Below the pieces are notes generated by a model. That model was not told the origin of the DNA. It made no database searches and worked only from the letters and a program-made list of their open reading frames with translations. The position numbers and the translations under genes were made by a program. From Malacoraja senta (lineage: Eukaryota), in the NCBI GenBank assembly GCA_038087875.1, contig CM075986.1, positions 17,670,001-17,734,000 on the forward strand: DNA of 64,000 bases, given 5' to 3'. Shown in pieces: positions 38,890-50,360 of this stretch. Within the stretch, counting starts at the first letter, position 1, and each line of letters opens with the position of its first letter.

Positions 38890-39300
38890 GGTTGGAAATG
38901 TCAAACTGGGATTGAAAATACCAACTGAACCTGGGCTGACTGTGCTGGGATGGAAGCCAGTTGTGCGGGGAGAGAGAGAGAGAGAGAGATAGAGAGAGAG
39001 GAGCCTGGCTGTATGTGCTCTCACTCCAGTTACACAGCTGCTCAAGAAATGTCCAACAAAATGTGCAAGCTTAAAAGGACATCAGCTACTCCACCTAGCT
39101 GCACAGTGTGAGACTGCTGAAGTTCATGCCAGCCCCCTCCTTAAATTGTTTGAATAGTTGGGAGGGAGTTGAAGACTTCCAATGCAAGCACGGGCACATC
39201 TAACGAGGAATGCACACCTCCAAGAGAAAATATCGCAGACCTGAGACAGGAATGTTTACAGAACTGTGCTCTACATGTTAAATGCTAAATAACAGACTCT
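38890..39300 (-). promoter_or_regulatory. CAVIN1: CAVIN1 5'UTR/proximal promoter with (GA)n tract and two TEAD/MCAT motifs
   Basis: Position directly upstream of the ATG; GGAATG at 39207 and 39249; TGTTTAC forkhead-like motif at 39253; (GA)n ~38970-39000. TSS not determinable. Confidence 0.5.
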
Positions 39301-40074
39301 GGAACTGCTGATGGATGAATCCAGCTTTGAAACAGACTCTCAGCACAAGCCAGCACACATGCCCACGCATACAAAGGGACAGCTGAATTTCCATTGTGGC
39401 AAATGTACTGGTCTAAGCAATTTCTCTTTGCAAAGAAAGGCAGATTCTGGTACAAACAATAAAAATCCAGCAACAGTTAACATCAATTTCCACACTGAGC
39501 ACAAATCTATATTTAGCCTCTCACTGTTAACTGTGAAGTTGGTAAAACTTCACGTCTGCGTAACGTTCAACAAGCAGCTGGAAACAATTCACAAACAGAT
39601 TTTTATTTGAATCAGTAACAAAAATGATATCAAACGAGTGGGACTAGCGGCAAAAGAGAATCTGTTCGGGGATGCCTGTATGCACCAGATTAGAGAAGAA
39701 GGTGGTGAATGCTTTCTTTGCCTGATGTTGTATGAGCCACAATGATCATATGTGGCCCAGTTACTTTGTGCACTCCCAGTTTGTTAAAATATTTATCTCC
39801 AGTGTTCAGTTGCAGAATGGCTATCCCCTTCCTGTACTGTTGTTCTGTCTCTGAGTGTTCTTTCAGATTAACACTGCCATGGAAAATGGATAGGTCAGGG
39901 TGTGTTTTGTCAATGTTATTCAACAACCACAGGGTCAGATGAGAAATTATGCTCATTCCTGTTCTTAGGAGAGGATTTGCTGCATTATATTTTGACAGCG
40001 CCATAAATGTACATACTTAAAAGAGAGAGAGAGAGAGGGGGGTGGGGGACGGAGGGAGAGGAGCAGAGGGGCAG

Positions 40075-40281
40075 NNNNNNNNNNNNNNNNNNNNNNNNNN
40101 NNNNNNNNNNNNNNNNNNNNNNNNNNNNNNNNNNNNNNNNNNNNNNNNNNNNNNNNNNNNNNNNNNNNNNNNNNNNNNNNNNNNNNNNNNNNNNNNNNNN
40201 NNNNNNNNNNNNNNNNNNNNNNNNNNNNNNNNNNNNNNNNNNNNNNNNNNNNNNNNNNNNNNNNNNNNNNNNNNNNNNNNN
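40075..40281. other. Assembly gap
   Basis: Run of N. Confidence 1.
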
Positions 40282-40790
40282 GACAGAACAATGAGATTCT
40301 TACTTGCAGCAGCATAACAAGTTAACGATACTCGGTAGATAATATTATAAACAAACAAAAATAGAAGACTCCAATATTCACGCAAAACCAAACAAAAGCC
40401 CGAGGACTCGAATGCAACCAAGGCAGTTCCTCATTTGGTGTTTAGTTGGGGTTTGTAGTGTTCAATAGCCTGATGGTTGTTTGGAAGAAACTGTCCCTGA
40501 ACCTGGAGATCATGGTTTTTCCGAATCCTATACCTTCTTCCTGATGGCAGGAGTGAAATGAGACCTTGGCCAGATGGGTGTGGGACCTTGATGACCCTGG
40601 CTGCCTTTTTGATGCAGCGCCTCCTATAGATCCCTTCAATATTGGTCAGCTTACTACTCATGATGGACCGGGCAGTGTCCACCAGCTTTTGTCATCTTCT
40701 TCATTTCTGGGCATTCGAGTTCCTGAACCGGGCAGTGATACTACCCCTCAATATGCTCCCTACCGAACAAAGTCATAAGCTTAGTTTTTT
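40282..40790 (-). mobile_element. Rex1/Babar-type LINE 3' fragment
   Basis: IEGIYRRRCIKKAARVIK..HPSGQGLISLLPSGRRYR; SRFRDSFFQTTIRLLN. Confidence 0.8.
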
Positions 40791-41099
40791 GTCTGACAAG
40801 GTAGAGTTACATTGGTCCCTTGGGCACTTGATCTTTGGTGGCTCAGACCATAATCAAAGCTATTCTGCTGCACTGTAGTCTGGGGAGTGAGGGGATGGAG
40901 AATGCCGCACTACTGTACATCTAAGAGATCCAGAAAGCTTGACAACAAATAACTGGGGCAGCACTGGAGAAAAACATGGCTGGAGGGGCTTGGTTAGTCA
41001 GTTTGCTTCTACTTACCGCTTATCCATTCGAGGCCCTGATGTGAAAGGTCTCGAGATACCAGTCAGATATATGTCACGGGTGTGGCCAAGTTCATAGAA

Positions 41100-42012
41100 A
41101 TGAGGGCGGAAAATTATTACCGGGATAAAGAAGGCATAAAAACATTTTGCAAGGAAGACATAAAGTTATAAAGAGAGACTGCATCGGATGGGATGTTTTA
41201 CACAGAGGGTGAGGTGTGCCTGGAACATGCTGCCAGGGATGGTGGTGGTGGCAGTTATGATAGTAGTAGTCAAGAGGCATTTGATCAGGCACATGCAAGG
41301 AATGGAGGAATATGGATCACGTGCATGTAGACTAGATTCATTTAACTTGGCAACATGTTCTGCATGAACATTGTTGTCTGAAAGGCTATGTTGTATGCTC
41401 CAATGTAAGAGACTGAGGGGTGACCTTATAGAGCTTTATTTAATCATGCAGGGCATTGCGAAGGTGAATAACCATAGTCTTTGTTCTTGGGTAGAGAAGT
41501 CTAAAACTAGAGTGCATAGGGTTAGGGTGAAAGAGGAAAGGTTAAAGGAACCTGAGGAGCAGCCTTTTCACACAGAGGGTGGTGCTTACATGGAACAAGT
41601 TGCCAGAAGAAGTGGTAGAGGTAGACAATAGACAATAGAAACATAGAAAATAGGTGCAGGAGTAGGCCATTTGGCCCTTTGGCCATTCAATATGATCATG
41701 GCTGATCATCCAACTCAGTAGCCTGTACCTGCCTTCTCTCCATACCCCTGATCCCTTTAGCCACAAGGGACCACATCTAACTCCCTCTTAAATATAGCCA
41801 ATGAACTGGCCTCAAGTACATAGGTGCAGGAGTAGGCCATTTGGCCCTTCGAGCCAGCACCGCCATTCTATGTGATCATAGTTACAATCACAGCATTTAA
41901 AAGACATAGAAATGAAAGGTTTGTTATATCAAGGGATAGACACGGACAAGCAGGATTAGTTTCATTATACGGCTTGGTCAGCATGAACAAGTTGGAGCAA
42001 AGGGGCCTGTTT
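41100..42012. mobile_element. Cluster of CR1 3' fragments: two plus-strand copies, the second interrupted by minus-strand 3' ends at ~41626-41880
   Basis: KRLRGDLIELY motif; ATAGGTGCAGGAGTAGGCCATT (reverse-complement CR1 tail) twice; 41640-41815 closely matches reverse complement of 31810-31995. Confidence 0.8.
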
Positions 42013-43194
42013 CCAGAACAGAATACCCAGACCGGTACGTCTGAAAAGAGAACACCAGCAGATGATATAATGGAGATTGTTATAATTAGGAAAGATAGCC
42101 AGTGTTGCTATTTGTTGGAAGAATGAAATCGAGGCCATCAATATAAGAAAAGGGCAAATAATCCAAAGGGCATTGAAAGCAATTCTTGCCCCAGAATATG
42201 ATGTGGAAGAGGAACTCTGGATGTAGTGGGGGCACAGATTCACATACATGTGGCCCAGACTGGCACTAGGAGGAAGTGGATGCTGCTGGATGTCAGGAAG
42301 CATAGGCAGAGTCTTAAGGGGATTGTAATTGTTAACATGCTGGTTGGTCCTATGGCCTCTGAACCATGAGTTCTACATAAAACTGCGATGCCACCATTGC
42401 AAATGGCTCCTTCCACCTCACTACCATTATACTGTGCCTGATGCCATGATCCGAACTTTGTTGTGTCCACGAACATCCCAGAAAAGCATAAAATGACAAA
42501 CAGCTGGTATTGCAGGGAAGAGTTCATGATGTGGGCATTGCAATTTTACCCTGCAATAACCAATGTATGAGCACCAAGAATGAACAAATGTGGGAGATTA
42601 CCTCACATGGTGAAAATCTTCTGTCATGACAAATGTTGGCTCGATTTCAGCCTCGACTATTGGGTACTGGGATTTTACTTCAATTATTAAGTTGACTTAC
42701 AAAGAGATGTTAATGTTTTTTTGCAGATTTCACAGCTGCGCTGAGCTGGTCAGTTGGGATGAGCTGATGTTGGATGATAGGGAGTTCCACAGTTTACAGC
42801 TGCTGGGGAATAACAGCTGTAGAGGAGGTCTCCCAATAGCAGCACTGAAACTGCCACGGTGTCCCCCCCGTAAGTCGATGGTGACACCAGAAACAGGCAA
42901 CTACAGTTTCTATCAATGGGCTGAAAACTATCTGCCTCAGGCCTTAACTTCTTCTTGATTGAAAGCAGTGTTGCACATCAGAGTTGTGTCGAGAAAAATG
43001 TCCGTGCAGAATATAACCAGCCCTGCACAAGTAAGGGAGCCAAATATTGTTCATTAGGGTTCCAAGGGCAATGACAATCTCATAAGGGTGACTCTGTTCT
43101 CAGATGCCTGATCCCTAAACTTGAACAATTTGGACACTAGTCTGCGTTAGCAGTCTCCAGTTCCGAGTTTGTTTTGCTCCTGCTGTGCAATTGT

Positions 43195-43450
43195 TAGAGA
43201 CATACTGCATGGAAACAGGCCCTTCGGCCCAACTGGCCAATACTAACCAAGATGTCCCATCTATACTAGTCTCACCTGCCCATGTTTGGTCCATATCCAT
43301 CTAAATCTTTTCTATCTATGTATCTGTCCAAATATCTTTTAAATGTTGTCATACTATCTGCCTCAACTATCTGCTGTAGCAACTCACTCCTTATACCCAC
43401 CATCCACTTCCTGAAAAAGTTGCTCCTCGGGTTCCTATTTCCTCTCTCAC
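43195..43450 (-). mobile_element. CR1 3' fragment (similar minus-strand remnants at ~4058-4225, 14025-14155, 30470-30610, 33650-33880, 36990-37170)
   Basis: CATGGAAACAGGCCCTTCGGCCCAAC tail and CCATATCC...TTAAATG.. body motifs. Confidence 0.75.
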
Positions 43451-43984
43451 CTACAATATTTGTTTTTCCAAGTTTGAGCTGAAAGTTTAACGGTCTGATG
43501 GGAATAGAGCATGCAACGTCTCCACTACATCCCTACTCTTGCTTGAGCTTTGGAGAGGAATAGTTGGGGTTGCCGACTCTGATTTCTTGTATTCTGGAAG
43601 GTGATATCACACGACCACTTGGGTTGATTCACTGCCTTCATTCTTCCACCATTGCCCCATTCTCCATCAGATACCATTCAATTAAAAAGGGAACAACATT
43701 GAGGGAAGTTTGAATATAGATGTTTGCATGGTGTTGGATCACAGAACAGCACTGAACAGGCCCTTCAGCCCACAATGTCTGTGATGAACTTCATACCAGG
43801 AGAGAGAATGCAAAATCCAGGCAGGCACAAGGAGCCACTCGGCCCAATCCTGCTTCTATTTCTTATCTTCTTCAGTCCAGATCCCAAAAAATTGAAAACG
43901 GAAAGGGCAAGGAAACATTTACATTGCAATAAGAATTGAAGTGTCAATCCATGCTCCAGCTGTATGCTGGCACACGTGAGTGAT

Positions 43985-44440
43985 AAAAAAGATGGATACC
44001 CCCACAATTAAAATGTGGATTATGGAAATGTCGGCGACCCTACATCTGGCAAGAATCAGACTTGTCTTAATGGACAAACTAGAACTTTTTGTTAGAATAT
44101 GGTCTCCATTCATTGACTATTTGGAAGGGGTAGATCGGTTCGGCACGGGAACCTAACTGAAGCTTGAACTTAGGATTAGATGAAAAGTTATACTTTATAA
44201 CCTACGAACCTATCTCCAATGATATATTATTAGTAAATTATTCCACTCTTTTTTTTAAATCTTGACATTTGTGGGGGGGTTTTCTTCTCTCTTTCTTTCT
44301 CACTTTCTATCTATAAAAAAAAACTAGAAGCAGAACCAATCCACAATTGATAATATTAATAATGCATGATTGATATACATGAAATGTTTTTACCATAATA
44401 TGTCTTGGCTTCTAATAAAAATATTATTAAAAAAAAAAAA
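43985..44440 (+). mobile_element. L1-clade LINE 3' end with poly(A)
   Basis: MDTPTIKMWIMEMSATLHLARIR...LFVRIWSPFIDYL (43992-44156) resembles fish/amphibian L1 ORF2 C-termini; AATAAA then A12 ending 44440. Confidence 0.7.
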
Positions 44441-44629
44441 GGCTGATTCTCCTTGCCAACTAGCTGACCAATGTTGTCTTGTGGCAGGTGATGGGGGCGA
44501 CTGCAAGACGGGGCTCGGACGGGGATTGCTAGCATAAGGCCCTTTCAATATTCAAGAGACTCAAGAATCAAGGGTGTTTAATAATCATATGCACCACGAA
44601 TGGAACAACAAAATTCTACTTACTGGGGA

Positions 44630-45442
44630 GCCGTCGAGTATTTTTTCACCCTTTTTTAAATTTTTAGTTAGTTGAAAGTGTTTGTTTTGGAGGTCTTTAG
44701 TCTTTTTTATGTGTGGGGTGGGGGGTGGGGTTAGGGGGAAACTATTTCTCAGTACCTACCTGGTCGGAGTTGCGGCTTTTCTCCGAGCCGTATCTTCGCC
44801 CCTTCCTCGCGGCCTACGGGCAGACTGGAGCGGCGTTTTCCTGCCGGACCGGCCAGGACTTCAGCTTCGGCGGCGGCACAGCGCTGAATCACCATCGCGG
44901 AGCGGGCGATGCCTAACCCGGGTCGCCGTGCAGTAAGCTCCGGAGTGCTGTGACCGCCGGCTCCAACATCGCGAAGCTGCGGTCTGCAGAGCTTCCAGCC
45001 GCGGGCGGCGCTGAACCCTAAATACCGCGGAGCCTGGGATCTCACGACGAGGTCGCCAGAGTCGGAGCATCGACCAGCGCAGCTCGTGGACTTCGGGAGC
45101 CGTGGTCTACTGGGAGGAGGCGGCCGCTCCAGACACTCCGGGCCGCTGAGAGTGTTCACCCGACGCCGGAGCTCCATCATCCGGCGAGAGGGCCTGAGGC
45201 ATCGGGCTGCCGTATCGGCGACTGCAGAGGCCTCAATAAGCCCCGACTATGGGTGAACTGGGGATGGGACTGGACTTTGCTGCCTTCCCCCACAGTGGAA
45301 ACCATTGTGGGGGGATGTTTTTATGTTGTTAAATTCTTTGATGTTATCTTTATTTGTGTGCTGCATGGCAAGTCAAATTTCACTGCACCAATTGGTGTAC
45401 GTGACAATAAATGTCTATCTATCTATCTATCTATCTATCTAT
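44630..45442 (+). mobile_element. GC/CpG-rich non-autonomous retroposon-like repeat ending TGACAATAAA + (TCTA)n
   Basis: Shares 5' T-rich leader, CTCGCGGCCTAC motif and 3' CACCAATTGGTGTAxGTGACAATAAA with the reverse complement of ~60935-61745. Confidence 0.65.
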
Positions 45443-46954
45443 ACACAGATAAATATATACAAAATACAATAAATCAATAACAGTAATACCATAACAGTGC
45501 AAAACTGAAGTCCGTGTGCAACCAGAGAAATATAGCCTGGAAGATTATAGTTGCTGAGGTAGAGGTTAGACAAGAGTGTTTAATGGTTACACATACCAAC
45601 AACATATGGTTAGTGTATTCATCGTAAGTGACCAGCAATAAACGTGCACTGGAGTCTCTGACTGACTAGAAGAGGAGTATATGAGGAAATGCTGAGCATT
45701 TAGCATTTCTCAATGAGACCAGGATAGAACCAGTGCCATGATTCAAGCCTGTTCTGCCAAACATCCTTGCCCCACCGGCAGCAGATGAGTCCAATTCATC
45801 TGCTGCCAACTCTGTAGCATAATCTTTAAACACTTGCATGGAACTCATCTGCCACCTCAGGGGGGGGGGGGGGGGGGGGGAGCAAATCCAACTTGAACCC
45901 AAGGAGTCACCGAAGATGAAGATTCAGCCTTCGGTTCACTCACCTTGTGATACCTGGGTCCATTGACTTCAGTCATGGACATTTTAAGAGCATATCAAAG
46001 GGAGAAGGAGAGATGGAGAGGCTGAAAGGTTTAGGAAGGGAATTGCAAAGGTTTCGGCTGAAGGTTTGTCTTCCAGTAGGGGGGAGATTAAATACTGGGA
46101 CTGGCAAAGGGACTGCTTATCTCTCAGAATGTTTCAGAATTGGAGGAGGTAAAAGGCACAGTGAGTGGAGGGAGATACAAAGAGATTTCAAAACAAGGAT
46201 GACAAACTTTGAAGTGTAAACTTTATTTACTGGGATCCAGGGCCCTGTAAAACCACGGCAGATCATATCCCTGGAGCTATGGAAATTACCTTGAGAATCC
46301 AGGTCAAATCCCAAGTAAGTGACTCAGGGGCTGGAACTTGGATTCAGGCAACAGAGTTTATGCCGAGTCAAAATATTTCACGTTTTAATCCACAATTACT
46401 ATATGAATCCGACCCTAATCAGCAAAGGTGAAGATCGAATTTACTGGATCAAAGTGGTATCTAATGTAATGCATCGCCAATGATATATGATGATGATTGG
46501 ACCTGCTTATACTCAGTCTACACGGTCTATGAAGCAACAGCGCCTTAAACTAAATATTAACGCTCTATTTAATTGTGAATCTCAGAAAGCTGGTAACAAA
46601 ATGGTGGGCTGTTGGCATAATTAATCATCATGTTGTGAACCTGCTGGCAATTCTTTTGCCTCGTCCACATAACATCGCTTATTATTTTTATATCTTGTAC
46701 AACAAGCAGCGGAAAACTGATTTCCTCCCTTTCCTCCCTGCTGCTGATGGACTAACCTCAGATTAAGGACACTTCCTGCCCTGATTTTAGTAGGAAATGT
46801 AATCAGAAGTAAGGTCACGCTAATCTGCAGAACCATTGGTGAGAAGAAAAGAGGAAACAAATGTTAAGTTTAAATATTTAAAACACCCTCAACAAAAGTG
46901 AACACGTTAATTGGAAATGTTTTGCAAATATTTCTGGCTTGCAAGGAAACCCAG

Positions 46955-47900
46955 AGGGGCCATAGTGTCTATCAGCATAGAAATAGGCCCTATGGGACAG
47001 GAGCAGGCAGAAACAATGGGTCTGCCAGGATAGTCCTGCTTGCGTATTGAGTGGATAGAAGCAGGCAACGCGGGACTGAGGGAAAATAAGGTTGGAGGCA
47101 GTGGAGGGGAGATCACCAGAGGCAATACGATCAGAATCATTCTGGGAGATGATGGCTTGGTGTTTGTCTGTGAGCTCATGGTTCAAGAGGTAGGTGTGAG
47201 GATGTGTCTGAGAGCGCCGCTCAGTAGAGGTCAGCCTGCCAGACTACGATGGTGCTTCCCTTAATGGCGGGCTTAATAACAAGGTGGGGATTGCTGTTGA
47301 GTGAGCGGAGGGCTGAGTGTTCAGAGGAGGTGAGATTGGAATGTGTAAAGGGCCTGTCCCACTGTACGAGGTCATTCAAGAGCTCACCCGAGTTTAAAAA
47401 AAAAAGAAACTCGTGGTAAGCACGTAGAATGTACGTAGCAGGTTCGTCGGAGCTCGGATGCCTCTTAGCGGCTCGTAACGCTAATGGCAGGTACTCGGGA
47501 AACGCGGTAAGCTCGTGAAGACTCGTGAAGATTTTTCAACATGTTGAAAAATGTCCACGAGATCCCCGAGTACCTACGAGCGGCTATTACAGTAATTCTC
47601 CGAGTTCGAATCAGGGGAAACTTGGGAGAACTCTTGAATTAGCTCGTACAGTGGGACAGCCCCTTAAGGGAAGTGGAGGAGGTGTGGACAGTGGATGCCA
47701 CGCTGGCTGTTGGAAATAAAAAGGTCAAGAGAGGGTAGAAGGTTAACAGGGGACATCCATGAGGAGGATCAATGTTGGAGATGGGAGAATGGTCGTCACT
47801 GGGAGATGAGGACACCTTGCTAGAAATAAAGGCCAGGAGGTAGAAATGATAGAAGAAGAGCTCACGATGGGCTCGGAATTCGTTGAGTGTGGGCATAGAT
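46955..47900 (-). mobile_element. Decayed Penelope-like reverse transcriptase coding fragment, interrupted by a MITE at 47349-47664
   Basis: Frameshifted pieces translate to ...KHQAIISQ...SGDLPSTASNLIFPQSRVACFY... and ...RKQDYPGRPIVSACSCP..., matching the PLE RT 'PKIHK...PGRPIVS' motif. Upstream piece NEFRAHRELFF. Confidence 0.8.
47349..47664. mobile_element. PIF/Harbinger-type MITE
   Basis: TAA|AGGGCCTGTCCCACTGTACGAG ... CTCGTACAGTGGGACAGCCCCT|TAA. Confidence 0.88.
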
Positions 47901-48954
47901 CATTTGCCACATTTGGCTCATATCCCTCCAAACATTTCTACCCCTACGACCTGAAATATTAACTGTTTCTCTTCCACGGATGATGCCTGAATTGCTGATC
48001 TCTTGAGAGTTTCCAGCATTTGTTGTTCTGTTTCTTGATTTCCATCTTGGGTGCTTTTTTATTTTTATTTACTGACTAGACCAAGTGCAGACCCGTTGGG
48101 TCTGGACACCGAACGTGCGTTTGGGGGGGGGGGGGGGGTGCTTGTGCGTCACACTAACCACCCCCTTTCCTCCAAAGCACGGTTGCGGGGTGGGAATCTG
48201 GCACCCACAAACACACACACTCATCACACCCCTTGATATTATCTTAATTTTTAAATTTCTTATTTTATCCCATCTTCACCCTATCCACTGACGAATAGCC
48301 CTCACCTCTCAGGTGCGTCTAGAGGGGGGGGGGGCAGAGAGAGAAAATTTAATGTTAGAATTAAAAACAATTTGAAGAGGGGGAGGAGGAGGGTGGAGAG
48401 GAAGGGGGGAGAGGAAGGGGGAGAGAGGAAGGGGGGAGAGGAAGTGGGAGAGATAGGAGGGTGTGGAGAGAGGAAGCAGAGGGATGTGGGAGATAGGTGA
48501 AGGGGGGGGGGGTTTGAGCGGGTGTTCATGAGTTGAGCTGCGGGCTGGTGAAGAGAGAAGGGCAGAGAGAGAGAGAGAGGGGAGAGACTGGTACACCAAA
48601 AAAAGCTGTGAAACTCAGCGGGTGCAGCAGCATCTATGGAGCGAAGGTAATAGGCAATGTTTGTGGCCGAAACCCATCTTCAGACGTGTTTTGTTATGAA
48701 ACGTTGCCTATTTCATTCGATCATAGATGCTGCTGCACCCGCTGAGGTTATACAGGTTTTTCTTGTGTAAATTTGATTTTACAGGTTTTTCTTGTGTACC
48801 TTTGATTTTCCAGCATCTGCAGTTCCGTCTTAAAGACAGAGGGACTGTTGGCGGCTGTTTTTCCAACGCGCGTTTGCGGGAGGGGGGGGGGCTGCGGCAT
48901 CACACTCACACTAACCACCCCCCAAACTCACACTAACCACCCCCAAACACACTC

Positions 48955-49355
48955 GGGGGGGGGGGGAGAGGAAGATGGGGTGGGGAGAGAAGAGGGGAGA
49001 GGGAGACGGGGTGGGGAGAGAAGAGGAGGGGAGAGGGGGGAGGAGGAAAGGGAGAGATTGGTGAGGAGGAAGGAGCAGGGTGGGGGAGAGGGAGGGGGAG
49101 GAGAGTGGGGAGTGGAGGAGAGCGGGGAGGGCAGGAAGGGGGGGAGAGGGGGGGAGGGGAGGTTAGAGGTGGAGAGAGGGGATGAGGGGAAGGGGAGAGG
49201 AGGTAGGGGGAAGAGAGGGAGAGAGGGAGGGGGGAGGGAGAGGGGAAGAGTGGTGAGTGAGGGGCAGAGGGGTAGCGGGGAGTGGTGGCAAGAGAGGGGA
49301 AGGGGTGGGAGGAGATGGGGGTGAAAGAGGGTGGTGGAGGGGGAAGAGAGGGGGT
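48955..49355. repeat. Low-complexity polypurine (G/A) tract abutting a gap; similar tract at 48375-48590
   Basis: Direct observation. Confidence 0.9.
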
Positions 49356-49555
49356 NNNNNNNNNNNNNNNNNNNNNNNNNNNNNNNNNNNNNNNNNNNNN
49401 NNNNNNNNNNNNNNNNNNNNNNNNNNNNNNNNNNNNNNNNNNNNNNNNNNNNNNNNNNNNNNNNNNNNNNNNNNNNNNNNNNNNNNNNNNNNNNNNNNNN
49501 NNNNNNNNNNNNNNNNNNNNNNNNNNNNNNNNNNNNNNNNNNNNNNNNNNNNNNN
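49356..49555. other. Assembly gap
   Basis: Run of N. Confidence 1.
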
Positions 49556-49596
49556 TGAGCCCTAACCTTTTTTTCCCTTCATTACCCAACCCCTTA

Positions 49597-49832
49597 AGGC
49601 CTGTCCCACTTTCACGACCTAATTCACGACCTTTTTTACTCGTGGACATTTTTCATCAGGCTAGAAAAACGCCCCGACCTACTTGATGCCACGAGTACCT
49701 ACGACTAGCATCACGACCTACCTACGACCTACCTACGACCTCCTACGACCTCCTACGACCGTGCTGCGAGTATGAGTCAAGGGCAAACTCGGCAGAGGTC
49801 GTGAATTAGGTCGTGGAAGTGGGACAGGCCCT
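49597..49832. mobile_element. PIF/Harbinger-type MITE with internal (CTACGAC) repeats
   Basis: GGCCTGTCCCACTTTCACGACCTAATTCACGACCT ... AGGTCGTGAATTAGGTCGTGGAAGTGGGACAGGCCCT|TAA. Confidence 0.85.
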
Positions 49833-50269
49833 TAACCTTTTAACCTAGAATATTGTGTCAAGCATCCCACTGAAAGTAGGAATTATGGCTTGTATTGACG
49901 AACAATTACCAAATTCTTTGACGCTTTGCCAAGGCTAGTGTTTACTGCTGTTGAGAAGGAAATAATCATCACTGATGATTTCTTTTGCAGTAAATCTTGA
50001 AAATTCGTAATCTGTATTCATTTATAATATATTTCCCCATAAATGAATGAATTTTGAATTCAGAAATTATCCAGACATGTTCACTCAGTAGCAGGTGGAG
50101 GGAAATCAGCTTGTGATGGCGTTTGTTTACGTTTTGTTTCTCGTCGCTCTGCCGCCAGATGGCAGCACCGATGTGATTTCTCATTCTCTCGGGTGGAAAT
50201 AAAGTTTGCGGTATGTTTAAAAAGTGGGATTTTTTTCCCGATTTACGTAGTCTCTGAACTTTATGTTGA

Positions 50270-50360
50270 GGTCGGAGTCGGAGCTGGGACTTTCTTACCG
50301 ACTCCGACTCCAGCAGCACCAAAATTGCTCTGACTCCCACTTGACGACTCCACAGACCTG
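50270..50360. mobile_element. Terminus of a DNA transposon with GGAGTCGG/CCGACTCC subterminal repeats (hAT-like)
   Basis: GTCGGAGTCGGAGC...CCGACTCCGACTCC...CGACTCCACAGACCTG; other end not seen (possibly in gap 49356-49555). Confidence 0.5.

Noticed and set aside
38890-39045. N-terminal extension of the 224-aa CAVIN1 ORF (and read-through 38371-38424)
   Set aside because: Starts at a non-ATG codon and crosses a (CT)n tract; the Kozak ATG at 38889 and donor at 38424 delimit the real exon.
44700-45250. CpG island as a promoter of an extra gene
   Set aside because: Lies inside an interspersed repeat with a relative at ~61 kb.
48302-49686. Gly/Glu/Arg- or Pro/Ser-rich ORFs
   Set aside because: Artefacts of polypurine tracts and N gaps.
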